Assembly (NCBI GenBank): GCA_030265395.1 | Contig: JARFYF010000012.1 | Location: forward strand, 12,872,741 to 12,936,740 | Reading direction: 5' to 3' | DNA: 64,000 nt | Origin: Rhina ancylostomus | Taxonomy: Eukaryota | In this document: piece after piece, positions 50,795-62,730 of the stretch | Numbering within the stretch: position 1 is the stretch's first letter | Layout of the letters: the number at the start of each line of letters is the position of its first letter | Program-made: the position numbers and the translations under genes | Notes under the pieces: model-generated | Told to the model about the DNA's origin: nothing | Databases searched by the model: none | The model's input: the letters and a program-made list of their open reading frames with translations, nothing else

Positions 50795-51455
50795 AATTGC
50801 AACACAAGGAGGCTATTTAACCCATCACATTTCTGCTGAGAACAAAAGAGCTATCCAGTCTTATTTAGTCTGCTGCCACTAACTCAGTAACCCTGCAGGT
50901 CATGGCTCTTCAAATACATATCCAAGTACTGCTTGAATGTGATGAAGCCTTCTGCTGCTACCATCCTTTCAGACAATGTTTCAGATCCTTCCCACGAACC
51001 TCAAGTGAAAATCCTTCCCTTCTCCCAATAGCTTTAAATCTATACAAGTCATTTTTTAAAAAAGCAGATTCAGGAAATCTGAAATAAAAATAGAAAATGC
51101 TGGAAACACTCACCAGGTCAGGCAGTATCTGTGGAAAGAAGTGGAATGATGTGAATTCTGTTTCTTTCCACATATACTGCCTGACCTGGTGAGTGTTTCC
51201 AGCATTTTCTGTTTTCACGTTAAATCTGTGCAGTCTGGTCTTCAACCCATCTGTTAAGGGAACTAAATGCTCCTTCCTTTGACATGGACCTCTCATAACT
51301 TTGTTTACCTTAAGTCTTTCCTCAGTGTCAGCTCTGAAGAACAGCCCAAGCTTATCCAATCTTCTCTCATCGCTATGAATTCCCACTTCAGGTAACATCC
51401 CGCTAAATCTCTTCTGCACCCTCCAGCACCAGTTTTACATGTGATATGTTGATCA
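50795..51455 (-). mobile_element. CR1 LINE 3' fragment interrupted by a fold-back element
   Basis: MQKRFSGMLPEVGIHSDERRLDKLGLF...KVMRG...LTDGLKTRLHRFNV is a CR1 ORF2 C-terminal motif set. Confidence 0.8.
51062..51215. mobile_element. Fold-back Penelope-like terminal repeat derivative
   Basis: 49-bp inverted repeat (51092-51140 / 51162-51210, one mismatch) built from the gaaaatgctggaaacactca..aggtcaggcag.atctgtgg motif. Confidence 0.75.
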
Positions 51456-52419
51456 GAAAAATTAATGCCAAAAATTGTAAACTGCTAGGAAAATCCTACT
51501 GAGCCAGTTGTTATGGATTAGGTTGCTATTTGCTGAATGTCCCTTTAAGACATAGTACAGTTGTGTGTGTGTGGGGCATCATTACGACAACAATGAAGAT
51601 AACGATGTGCTGACATTTTAGTTTAGTCAGAAAAGAGAGCGGAAGAGAGACACTGCCTGCAGGTCTCTGTAGTGATGGATGAAAAACAATAACTGTGTCT
51701 GTCACTACAATCCACACATGGATTTTTGGAATAATCCAGTGGAGTCTACTTTGTCATTAACTTGTAGTGGGAAGCAGGTATTTGTGTGGACAGCCACGTC
51801 TCGAATGGCTTTCAGGGTGGCAGATACTTCGGAACAAAGCAGTGGAGATCATCAGTGACTGAGGTGTCGTATGGGTTCCATCATGTAACACTTGGATTTC
51901 ATAATTTCTGTCCATCCTCTCTCTACATTTTCTCTTCAGTCAACAGTGGTTTAGCAAAAGCCTTTGCTCACGTCTCACCTTATGGCTTGCTGAACTGAAC
52001 TTTGAGAACTATTTCTGGACTTGTGTGTGTGGCAAATTCCCAAACTCCACTTCCAGTTTAGTTTTGAGGGTTAATGTTTAATATCTAACATTTTTACTTA
52101 AAACATTCTAACACTTTTTTTCCTTATAAGTAGTTATTAATAAAATAGTTTCTAACACTTGTACATGACTTGGTGTGTTTCTTGTGTTGCTGGTACATAA
52201 GTCAACAATTGAAAATAATGTTAATGAGCTAGATATCCAATTATTTATTACAATGGAGGTTCTCGCATGAACTTTGGAACAAAAGCAAAACACTACAGAT
52301 GCCAGAGATCTGAAATAAAAACATATTCCCGGAACATTTAATGGTTTGGGCAACCCCTGTATGGGGAGGGGAAGAGATACATTTCTGATAAAACAACATT
52401 CTCTATTTTCCTTAGAAAT

Positions 52420-52540
52420 CACAAGGAAAATGTAAGTAGGCTGGAGAGGGTGCAGAAGGGATTTAGCTGGATCTTACCTAGAGTGGAAAATTATAGCAAT
52501 GAGGAGAGATTAGATAAGTAAGTTCAGTTTTTTCTTTCAA
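52420..52540 (+). mobile_element. CR1 fragment
   Basis: aggaaaatgtaagtaggctggagagggtgcagaagggatttagctgg...gaggagagattagataag (LERVQK...EERLDK). Confidence 0.65.
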
Positions 52541-52544
52541 ACAT

Positions 52545-52842
52545 AGGCACGGTAGTGTAGCAGTTAGTGTAACACTATTACAGCACCAGTGACCCGGGTT
52601 CAATTCTGGCCACTGTCTGTAAGGAGTTTGTACATTCTCTCCATGAGTTTGTATGGGTTTCCTCTGGGTGGTCTGGTTTCCTCCCATGTTCCAAAAACGT
52701 ATGGGTTAGGAAGTTGTGGGCATACTATGTTGGTGCTGGAAATGTGGTGACACTTGTGGGCTGCCCCCAGGACATTCTATGCAAAAAGATGCATTTCACT
52801 GTGTGTTTTGATGTACGTGTGACTAATAAAGATCTTATCTTA
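52545..52842 (+). mobile_element. tRNA-derived V-type SINE with Rex1/Babar-like tail
   Basis: A box (GGTAGTGTAGCAGTTAG), B box (GGGTTCAATTC), V-domain (gggtttcctctgggtg.tctggtttcctccca..ttccaaa), tail TTTCACTGTGTGTTTTGATGTACGTGTGACTAATAAA plus ATCTT repeats. Confidence 0.85.
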
Positions 52843-53509
52843 AAATATTGGGGTTTTCCCCCATGTAACTATCAGGAAACTATGACCCCCTTGTAGATAC
52901 AAAGAATGCTTCAGAAATGTGTACTGGTGATTTGTGATGGAGTGCAGTTGTGGAATGTGACCTCCTTGTAGTTGCGCAGCAGTTTTTACTTCAAAAATAT
53001 GCTTTCAATAATATGTATAATAAATATAATCAGGACATGTCTTTCTCTACATTCATTGTACCATCAATTCAATACATTCCCTTACAATGCATCAACATCA
53101 CTTGTGTTTCCTCAATTCCTCCCCAATTTCCTCCATGTTTGAGGGGCTGTTACACAGGACAAATGCACAGTCTGAGGAGGCGGCTGATAGTCTCACCGTG
53201 GTGTGGCTATTCTTGACTGTGCGTGATGACTCTGATTGGGTGAGCCTGTCAGACTACTGTCCAAGTAAGGTTGAGGTGCTTGTTTGTGAGTTGTAGTGAC
53301 AAGACATACGGCCAAATGACTTTGATGATCTGCTTGGGGAATCATCCCACAGGATCCATCATCTCCTCCTTCCACAGGGTATCCTGGACATTCCATTCTG
53401 ATCGTGACCNNNNNNNNNNNNNNNNNNNNNNNNNNNNNNNNNNNNNNNNNNNNNNNNNNNNNNNNNNNNNNNNNNNNNNNNNNNNNNNNNNNNNNNNNNN
53501 NNNNNNNNN

Positions 53510-53571
53510 GGGTTGCCAGGGATAGGAATGGGTTGCCAGGGATAGGTATGGGTTGCCAGGGATAGGAATGG
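53510..53571 (+). repeat. 20-bp minisatellite (GGGTTGCCAGGGATAGGAAT)n next to a 100-N gap
   Basis: Three visible copies; the array probably continues into the gap at 53410-53509. Confidence 0.85.
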
Positions 53572-53750
53572 AAGCAGGCAGTTTGGTGGAGCTTATGAGG
53601 CTTTTAGATAGACACATAAATATGAAAGGAATGGAGGGATATGGATGATACACAGGAGGAAGACATTTAGTATAAAATGGCATCAAGATTGGCACAACAT
53701 CGTGGGCCAAATGGCCTGTCCTGCACTGTACTCTTCTGTGTTCTATGTTC
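53570..53750 (+). mobile_element. CR1 3' end
   Basis: ttttagatagacacat..atatg.aaggaatggagggatatgga...ggcacaacatcgtgggccaaatggcctgtcctgcactgtactcttctgtgttctatgttc. Confidence 0.8.
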
Positions 53751-54959
53751 CAAAGCCCAGTCCAAGTCATATTACACTCAGAACCTGTAGACTGTAGTTT
53801 GTCAATTATGAAACTCACAGGTTAAGGCCTGTCGCACACTGAACACTGAAGCTACAAGATATCCCAGGCAGAGTGGGCAGGCTGGTGTGTGCCTGCACAG
53901 CCAAAAGAAAGTTGTACAGTTTGGACTGGCTTACGCACTGGTTTATGCCGCACACTGAGTTGAAGGCAGAGGCTGGAGCGGCCGGCAGCACCAGGCAGGA
54001 GGCTGTGACTCCGTCCAAAGATCTAGACTGCAGGATGCTGGCAAATCACCTCTGGTCCAGTCTGACCTGACATGCTTTCGTTTTCTCTACTACAATATAC
54101 ATAGAGAGCGACTGCTGGGAGAAAGCTCATTGTGCCAATATCTGTTTGCAGCAAGAGCCAGTCACAAAGCTTCTCGACCAGCAGAGAGAGAATGGGAAAG
54201 ATGGGGAGAGTAGCTTCAAGAGCTGCAAAACATTGCTCCAAATCTGACCGTGAAACTCTTTGAAGCGACCTCAGAACATGCCGCGGGGAGCAGCTCAGGT
54301 GCTTCACTTTACACGATGACCGAGGCCCTGAATCTTCTCAAGCTTTCCACTCTGGCTGGGGGATGGGGGAGCGGGGTGCTGCTGGTGAGGGGATTNNNNN
54401 NNNNNCCAGAACCGGGGGGGAGGGCTGTCATAGATAATCGCTCACACATTCTCTGAAGGATGCAAGATAAACTTTGTCACCCCAAAAGCAGTGCAGTCAA
54501 CAAATGTGTTACGGGAAAGTTGGACGCTTATGTTCTGGAAGAAAGACCAAGGAAGTGAGGGTGAGGGAGGAACAAGAACACTAGCCTGGACCATCAAGGA
54601 TGTGTCTATACTGTAAATTCTACTTAATAGCATTTTTATTGGGTCAGCTTCAAGAAAATTGTTTTATGTGTTTTAAAAAATAAACCTACAGCCAAATAAC
54701 AGGATAACTAACTACAACCTGCAGGCAATGATTTGGTTATTAACGGAATGATCTGCCTTTTCCAACACTCCACAATGTTTCTTGTCTCTGGCCCCATATG
54801 AAAGAGCAAGGTGAATCGATTGCTTCAGCTGTAAGCCTGTTAAATAAATACCTGATTGTGGGGAGTATTTGGTTCAACATGATTGGCCTGTAAGCCCCTT
54901 TGAGTGAAAAAGAAGCTCAAGGATCAATAACAGCATCCTGGTACCCAGTGACTCACACT

Positions 54960-55245
54960 GAACGTGGGCAGAGCAAAGCTCACTTGAAGACTGGACAGTG
55001 GTCTGAGAGTGTGGGCTGAGGCACTCTCACCTCCCTGAAAGGCACCCACAACTTGAGCACAAACCCCTGACTTGTTCTTCAGCCGAGAGCCAAGTGGGTA
55101 TTACACGTCCAGAGCTACTGCCTTTGGGACGTTAGTCCTCTCAGGTGGGTACAAGTGGGTTATTTGAAGGTTGAGTGGTTTGGAAATTCTGTCCTGTGTC
55201 CTGGCCAATATTTGTCCCTTATCCAACTTACCTAAAAACTGTTGT
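54960..55245 (+). mobile_element. Deu-domain SINE (SacSINE1-like) remnant
   Basis: Deu-domain-like core gtgtcctggccaatatttgtcccttatccaacttacctaaaa at 55195-55240. Confidence 0.55.
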
Positions 55246-55719
55246 CTGAGGGATTTGACTATGTATATATTAGCTTCTGATATTATGATTGTACTGCAAG
55301 AATACAAACACAAGATCATACAAAAGGAAATCTTTATCTTTTGGAGATCTCTGCTCAAACTTCAATTTGCTTAAGCCTATTTTACATAAATGCCAATAAA
55401 AATCTATTGGACTATGAGGCAGCAGGGTGCTGAGCCATTCCCAAATTCAATGATTGATGTCTCCACTGGCAACTGATCACAACAGACTCTGCCAACAAAC
55501 CACCCAGAACATGCTTGGGTGGGTGCGTAATCAGCTATTGTTCATTATCGACCCTTTGTCCAACTGTAAAATCATCTTCATTCCCTCGCTCAGAAACATT
55601 CATGTAGTTTGCAATTCTTTATACTCCTTAATTTGTAGTCTCATTCCCTGTCACCTTTAATAGATCAACAAGACCACCTCTACAACTTATCCCCATGGCA
55701 ACCCTGAGCTCATCCTATC

Positions 55720-56029
55720 TGATAAGATAAGATAATAAGATTTCCTTATTAGTCACAGGTACATCGAAACACACAGTGAAATGCATCTTTTGTGCAGAGT
55801 GCTCTGGGGGCAGCCCACAAGTGTCGCCACGCTTCCGGCGCCAACAGAGCATGCCCACAACTTCCTAACCTGTACGTCTTTGGGATGTGGGAGGAAACTG
55901 GAGCACCCGGAGGACCCACACAACCACAGGGAAAATGTACAAACTCCTTACGGACAGTGGCCAGAATTGAACCCATGTAGCTGGTGCTGTAGTAGTATTA
56001 TGCTAACCGCTACGCTACCATGGCTGCCC
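55720..56029 (-). mobile_element. tRNA-derived V-type SINE with Rex1/Babar-like tail (same family as 52545-52842)
   Basis: Reverse complement is collinear with 52545-52842: ggtagcgtagcggttagc, GGGTTCAATTC, V-domain, TTTCACTGTGTGTTTCGATGTACCTGTGACTAATAA, (CTTAT)n tail. Confidence 0.9.
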
Positions 56030-56348
56030 GCATTAGCTGTAGTGCAGCTGGTAGAGATGCTGCTCAAATGACTCAGTTTCAATTCTGACTTCTGGGGCCG
56101 AGTGTGAGAATTTGCATATTCTCTGTGATTGCACAAGTTTCCCTTGGGTGGTTTGGTACCTCCCACATCCTAAAAACAAGCAGGTTAGCTTAATTGGTTG
56201 CTGTAAATGCTTCTAATGTGTATATGAGTGAGTTGATTGTAATGTGGGGAGAATAAAATTTAATTAGTGTAGGATTATTGTAAATGGTGCTTGATAGTCG
56301 ATGTGCATTCTGTGGGCCAAAGGACCTCTTTCTCTGCTGATTCTGACA
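56030..56348 (+). mobile_element. HE1-like V-SINE with CR1-type tail, head-to-head with the preceding SINE
   Basis: tagtgcagctggtagag (A box), gtttcaattc (B box), degenerate V-domain, tail gtaaatggtgcttgatagtcgatgtgcattctgtgggccaaaggacct.tttctctgctg resembling the CR1 tails at 53700-53750 and 60180-60235. Confidence 0.7.
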
Positions 56349-56847
56349 TTATTCCAAACAGGGACAGCTGTAAGGGACAAAGGTCATCAAGTCTCAATTA
56401 CTTCTGATTTAAATATTTGATTTGAATGTATTTATTTTTGTTTATTAGGGTCATTTTCAAATTCCTCCTCTTAATAGCTTTTGAACATTTTCATATGCTT
56501 GTGAAGCTAAACATTCCACTGATAACAACTTAAACAACTGGTTCAGCCTGGGGTTATGGCTTAACCGACTGTCAAATAATTTCTGTGGGATTAATGATTG
56601 CACAGTTCCTTGATGTTTGGGCCAGAGCATTAGAAAGTTGACATGAAAGAATCCATTCAAGGTATGAGTGGATTAAAGGGAGAGGTGAAGAGCAAGCAGG
56701 TAAGTTGTCACCGCAGGAGGTTTCAGACCATTAACTCACTTTCTCTTGCCAGAGATGCTCCAGGAGTTGCTAAACGTTTCTGTGTCTTTTTTCATTACCT
56801 GTCTTAACCTGCCTTACACCTTCAGAATACCAAGCCAATGAATAAAG

Positions 56848-57790
56848 GGAGCCACAAGAGACTGCAGATGCTGGAATCTGGAGCAAAGGAAACAAACTGC
56901 AGGAGGAACTTGGTGGGTCAAGAGCATCTGTGGAGGGAAATGGACAGTTGACATTTCAGGTCGAGCGTCTTCATCTGGACTGAATGTGCAGAGGGGAGAT
57001 AGCCAGTATAATGGGGGAGGGGTGGAGCAAGAGCTGGCAAGTGGTAGGTGGATCCAGGTGAGAAAGGGTGATAGTGAAGTGGAAATAGCAAGACTGGGAG
57101 CTGATGGGTGCAGGTGACAAAATGCAGATGATGGAATCCGATCGGAAAATGAGGTGGAGTGTGGAACCAAATAAAGGAGGTGGAGTGGGCAGATGGCAAC
57201 AGGAGGGGAGTGTGAGAGTAATGGGCAGATGGAGTGGGTGTAGGAGGAATTGGGTAGATCAGGAGAGAGAAGAGGGACAAAGGAGGAACAGCTTACCTGA
57301 AATTGGAGAATTCAATGTTCATGCCTTCAGGTTGTAGACAATCCAGGCAAAATATCACGTGCTGTTCCTCTAGTTTGTGTTTAGCCTCACCCTGCCAGTG
57401 GAGGAGGCCAAGGATAGACGGGTCAGTGTGGGGAAGTAGGAAGGGGAATCAAAATGGCTAGCAACTGGGAGCTCCAGGTGGCCATGGCATACAGAGCGCA
57501 GGTGCTCAGCAAACCAAGTCTGCGCTTGGTCTCGCTGATGTAGAGGAGGCCGCATCGAGAGCACTGGATACAAGAAACAAAGCCAAAGGAGATGCGGGTA
57601 AATCTCTGCCTCACTTGGAAGGGCTGTTTAGGGCCCTGGATGATGGTGAGGGAGGAGGTTATACGTATGGTTACAGGGAAAGTTCCTGGGGAGGGATGGG
57701 ATAGCAGAAAGGGGTGTGGAGGGTAAAATGTGGCTGGTAGTAGGATCACACTGTAGCTGGGGGAAGTGTTGAAGAATGATGTGCTGGATA
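56848..57790 (-). mobile_element. Penelope-like retroelement 3' fragment: GIY-YIG endonuclease remnant and terminal repeat
   Basis: IQGPKQPFQVRQRFT...SCIQCSRCGLLYISETKRRL and FAEHLRSVCHGHLELPVASHFDSP (frameshifted GIY-YIG domain), then a pyrimidine-rich spacer and a terminal repeat with a hammerhead-like motif. Confidence 0.88.
56944..56982 (-). ncRNA. Degenerate minimal hammerhead ribozyme motif in the Penelope-like terminal repeat
   Basis: CAGUC-CAGAUGA-A-GACGCUCGACCU-GAAA-U-GUC-AACUG: stem I, core, stem II, GAAA and NUH in hammerhead order, but with core and stem substitutions. Confidence 0.55.
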
Positions 57791-58156
57791 CTTACAGAAG
57801 TGTTTTTCCTGATACTCTGATGGAAATAATGGATCTTCATTATGAAGCACTTGCAGTTTTGATAGCACTATGTATCTTGTTAGGGAGGTGACAGTCAATC
57901 ACATCGAAATGTGTTTGGAATGAGTTGTAAGACAGGCTGGAAAAGGTTGGCTGTTTTATTTAATTGGCATTAGCATGCCTGGTGGACATTTATAAAAAAG
58001 CAATGTTGCAAACAGGTCATGTGCAAGGATAAATCAGATGAAGCAAAAGATATTTTTAGACCAAAGAATATCACTCTCAGGAGAACAGGAATAGTTATTG
58101 ATCTCAGCTAAGGGAAACAATAGCTGCTAATGGAGCAGCCAAAAAGATATCAGAGA

Positions 58157-58319
58157 TGATGATAATGGATAGTTGTGGCAGCAACAGAAAGATCTGTTTT
58201 AACTATGCTGGGAGTCAGAAAGCTATTAAGGATTGTTTTGAAGGATTTCTTTATGCAGGATTAGGCAGACTGCCAGGATATGGCAGAGATTTTAAATGAC
58301 TGCAGATATATCCATGGCT
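58157..58319 (+). repeat. About 160-bp direct repeat, copy 1 (probably CR1 ORF2-derived)
   Basis: Collinear with 59505-59663; encodes MAEILND, like the CR1 motif EMAEILNEYF. Confidence 0.8.
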
Positions 58320-59276
58320 GGAGTAAAGGGTTTCAGAATGTACTACATGACAGCATTCACTCATCACATCCTCCCTTGCTTACCTCAGTCTTTTTCTGCA
58401 ATCTCCAATGCTACACAACAGATCACACCATCTACACGTCTGACACAACTGTTTTCTTTGCCTTCACAAGCCACACCTCTTCACCTCTGCTCAAACACTC
58501 TTGCATTCTACTTGCCAGTCTCCCATGGGCCATGGTAAAATTTAGGAATAGCAAAGATGGAAGATTCATGAGAACTCATGACAAGCAAATTTTAGGAGGC
58601 AGTTGAACAAAGAAAAAAAAATTCAATCATGTGCCAAGTTTATTTTTAGTAGGTCATTTTTTTTTAAATGTAGAAGCTGGGAATGGGAAGATGCCCCAGA
58701 GTGGTCCAATGTCCTTAGAGTCAAATGCCTAAATTTAGCCAACATATTGGACTGCAAAATTTCTGACCATAATTCATATAAAAATCTTGTATTTTGGCTG
58801 CTCAAAATAAAGATATGGACTATGGTATGGTGATTAATGAGTCCATGCTATTCCACCAAAGACCCTTCTCAATTGTAATAATCCTGTTATCAGATCGGTT
58901 CAGGTTATTTTCTGGAAAATATCTGGCACTTGGCTTGGTTGAAATCTCTTAGCCCTGTCTATATTCAACTACAGAGGAATTAACAGCACAGCTATTGTAT
59001 CTTCAGCTCAAGAGACCACATGTGTTTTAGTCCACATGAGCTTTATCCTGCCATATTTTATCTCATCCTATCAAAATATCCTTTTTCCTCGTGTGCTGAT
59101 CCAGTTTTCCCCTAATGTATCTAGATTATGCATCCAAATGATCTCATTTGGTGGTAAATTTCACATTCCCAATAAAGAAACTTTCCCCACATTCCTCACT
59201 GGATTTGTTAGTGAATACCTGATTATCACCCCTGGATTTGGAGCCTACATGAGGAGCGATGTCTTTTCTATGCATA

Positions 59277-59470
59277 CAGGTCCTCCATAGGTTACAGCAG
59301 GGTTCCATTCCTGTGAGCTGTCCATAACCTGGATAGTGTGCAAGTCAGAAGTGCGGCCATGAACTGAGTTCCCAGGCGGCATAAAATGATCCATCTCACT
59401 GGTCTCCCAACTCTCTCCCATATAAATGGGCTGTACATAAGTTGGGTGTTTGTAACTTGGGGAGAACCCC
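59277..59470. mobile_element. Probable Tc1/mariner (Tigger-like) MITE
   Basis: TA on both sides (59275-59276, 59471-59472). Imperfect TIRs CAGGTCCTCCATAGGTTACA versus GGGGTTCTCCCCAAGTTACA (14/20 identical). Confidence 0.5.
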
Positions 59471-59504
59471 TATCCTATCAAAGTTCAAGATTTCCCCCTT
59501 TGAA

Positions 59505-59663
59505 ATGATAATAGAGAGTTGTGGTAAACACAGCAAGATCAGTTTTAACTATACTGGGAATCAAAGCTATTAAGGATTGTTTTGAAGAATTTCTTTATGC
59601 AGGATTTGGCAGACTGCCATGCTATGGCAGAGATTTTAAATGATTGCAGATGTATCCATGGCT
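59505..59663 (+). repeat. About 160-bp direct repeat, copy 2
   Basis: Collinear with 58157-58319, sharing aaagctattaaggattgttttgaag.atttctttatgcaggatt.ggcagactgcca. Confidence 0.8.
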
Positions 59664-60024
59664 AAATGCTTTGTACCATGGGTGATTCTTGAGCAATGTA
59701 ACCTGGTAACATACACCTCCTCCCTCCCCTTTCCAAGTAAAGCCTACTACACTTGATATTCCTAGGGGATCTCCCACTGAAATAGTAACAATACCTGAGC
59801 CTGCATTGCCTCTGAGATTGGATGTAATCTCCAGACCAACAGTGATCAGTCTGTGCTGGGAAATCCCTTCATGATTATCAAAAATTCTGGTCACTTCTTA
59901 CCTACCAGATCATCCTCCAAAACAAATGTAAAAAAACCCACTGACATTCAAAAGAGACAAAGTTGAGGAGATACAACACTCAGTCAAATCCCAGATATAT
60001 TCCAGAAAATGATCTCAACAGATC

Positions 60025-60238
60025 CAATAAGTTTCATACACAGTGAAAGGTACCTGGAACTTGTTGCCGGGGTGTTGGTAGCAGACATGACAGTGGCATT
60101 TTAGAGGCACATGAACATGCAGGGAATGGAGGGACATGGATCAGGTGCAGATGGGATTGGTTTAATTTGGTATCATGCTCGACACAGACTTTGTGGGGTG
60201 AAGGGCCTGTTCCTGCACTGGACTGTTCTATGCTCTAT
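60025..60238 (+). mobile_element. CR1 3' end
   Basis: tttcatacacagtg...ctggaacttgttgccgggg...aggcacatgaacatgcagggaatggagggacatggatc...gaagggcctgttcctgcactggactgttctatgctcta. Confidence 0.8.
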
Positions 60239-60869
60239 TATTATTTTCTATTGGAGACCATTCAACTCGTAACCTCTTGTTTTTTATTGCAGTGAAAATG
60301 GGATTATAATTTGTCTTTGATTTGCTGTCTGAACTATACCAGAGATGTATTTTAAAGGAATTATTGGAGACTGCTCAAATTAAACTCGGGAATACCTACA
60401 ATTTTCTTTTGGGCCTATGTGAAGCAGAAACACCCTTCCTATGCTCCCAAATACTTTGTCCTGTTGCTAGTTTATTCAAGGCCTTCCCTGGGATTAACTC
60501 ATCCCTCAGATTCAAGGTGCTCACCAACTCTGTAAAAGACAATCAATTTCACCAGTTTCTCAACTGGTGAGCCACATCTGTTTGGGGCCTGCAGCTTGCC
60601 CACAGTCTTTTACTGAGGTTTGAAGCCGGATTGGAAATCAGGCTGGCATGGACTTAACCAAGTTGCTGTGAATTGGCCGACTTTCTGCTTGTTTTTGGGC
60701 ATGTTGGAAATGTACTCCTACATCTCTACAATGGGTTCAATCCCAAATTTTGCATCATCTGTGTTAAAGGCTAGAACCTCTTTTATGAAGGCGAGACGTG
60801 AATGAGGAAAGGTTATTTCTTCCAGGTGGGGGGTGGTAGGTTGATGGTCATTTTAAAGTTTATTTATAT

Positions 60870-61075
60870 CATGTGAGGGTTGCTCATTCCTGATGGCCCT
60901 TCAAAGAAGGCTCAATATCATGTTTCTTGAAGCTCTATAATCCTTTTGGTGAAGGCACTCCCATGATGTTGATGTTAGGGTGGTCAAGGACTATAATGAA
61001 TGTCTATAATAACAATGAAGAGACAGTTACATATTTCCAAGTCAGGATTGGACTTGGAAGGGAACATACAGGGTC
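60870..61075 (-). mobile_element. 3' fragment of the LINE family at 1040-1960
   Basis: aataacaatgaagagacagttacatatttccaagtcaggat is collinear with 1143-1183. Confidence 0.6.
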
Positions 61076-62730
61076 ATCAATTTAAAAAGTGACTGCAAGA
61101 CCAGGGAAATCAGATAACAGAATTTTCTTTCCCATAATTATTAAAGCATAATGCATTTAGCCATTAGAAAATGTTAAAGTAGCATTGATTGAATTCAACA
61201 AAAGAAAAACAAGTACATTTTTGACAGAGGAAGATAAAATGAATAGGGAAAACTTTGGGAGTAGGCTTGGATAGCTCCAGAAAAGAGCCAATAGAAGCAG
61301 ATGAGCTGAATATTCTCTTTGTGGTTTGTTAACCCCAAGGGACCAACTAATCAAAACTGGTCTGTTATCTTACCAATGCAAACCAGGAAAAAGGACAGTA
61401 AAATAGATTTCTAAAATGATTATTTTCACAGTGGTACTGTGTTTGTTCTTTAAATTGCAGTCTACCTTCAGACTGCAGTTTGGTGTTCAAGTATTGCAGT
61501 GGGGATTATTTTCCTGGTACTTTAATAGGCTATCATTGTCATACACAAGTTTTCAATTTCAAGCCTTGGCCTGATGTGGTTCACACTTCCTCTCATGAAA
61601 AATACAATAATACTTATTGAAATATGACCTGCATAATTCACTGTGACTGCAGACCTCTGTGCAGAGAAGAGTTGCCAAACCTCAAGCCAATTGTAACTTC
61701 TTGAGGAGATGAGAATAGCAACCTGGGGATAAAAGTCTCTCTATCGCATTCATAGGAAGTGAAGATTTAATGCTCAGTCATACATTTTTACCCATTTACA
61801 AGTAATGGAATTTCTAGAGTAGAAATCGAATGCAGATGAAAATATAGTAGTACCAAAATAGATAGCTAGATATTGATATTCCAAGAATATATTAACTGAA
61901 TCTTAAGTGTATGAACTTTATCAGTAAATGAGCAGCATAAAAATAATTAATCTGTAGGGATCTCTGCAAAATATTATTTTGCCGGTACAGTAACAATGCC
62001 AAATTAACTGTCATGTTGCAAACCATATGAGATATTCAATTTGTGATGTTAGAATTCCTTCCCTAGTGATTTACTTCCTGGAATGCATACAAAACCCATT
62101 GAATAGTTTTATTTCTTTTTTTTAAAGTCCATCTTCTCTACTTCTATTGCAGGGATACAGATTAGTAAAACAAGGAACCTCTCCAATTCTTGGCCTGGGG
62201 GCCCTGGTTCAAGCATGACTCTCAGTGAGTTCCAGTTATATAATGCTGGGGGAGAGTAGTGATGCAGGCTGCAGGGATGTCCTTTCTCTGCACAGGGTTT
62301 ACAACAGGCCAAGAATGATTTGCCTGTTTGTAGTTCAGGGATTAGAGGCTGTTTGTCGTACACTCATCATCTCCTGGTGAGTTCAATTAGTTGTGAAGGC
62401 CAGGAATAGAACTGTAGTCTTATAAATATGCAAGGCCAAAAACTAGGCCACACAGGATATCCAGCTTTAAGTGGTATCAGCCTTCTATTTAATAGAAGTG
62501 CAACAGCACCATAAATGACAATTTCCATCCTTTATAGTTGGGACTTAAAACTGTAACCGATGATTGTGTTAGAATTAAACCATTGAAATGCTGTGCTGAA
62601 GTTGCAAAGACAGTAGCTCATCATTCATGTCTCAGGATCACTCAAGATTTTACGTTATATGCCGACCTTGCCTTTAGGAGGACTTTTAAAAATCCTTATC
62701 ATAGAAGGTGAAATTTGATTACACAGGCAA

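Noticed and set aside
52545-52615. tRNA gene
   Set aside because: The A/B boxes belong to a SINE head continuing into a V-domain and tail; no full cloverleaf or poly-T terminator.
53510-53571. CRISPR-like repeat array
   Set aside because: Vertebrate DNA; contiguous 20-bp units without spacers, so a minisatellite.
53815-54456. GC-richer stretch with several 65-94 aa ORFs
   Set aside because: No recognisable protein motif or consistent splice structure; I cannot support an exon call.
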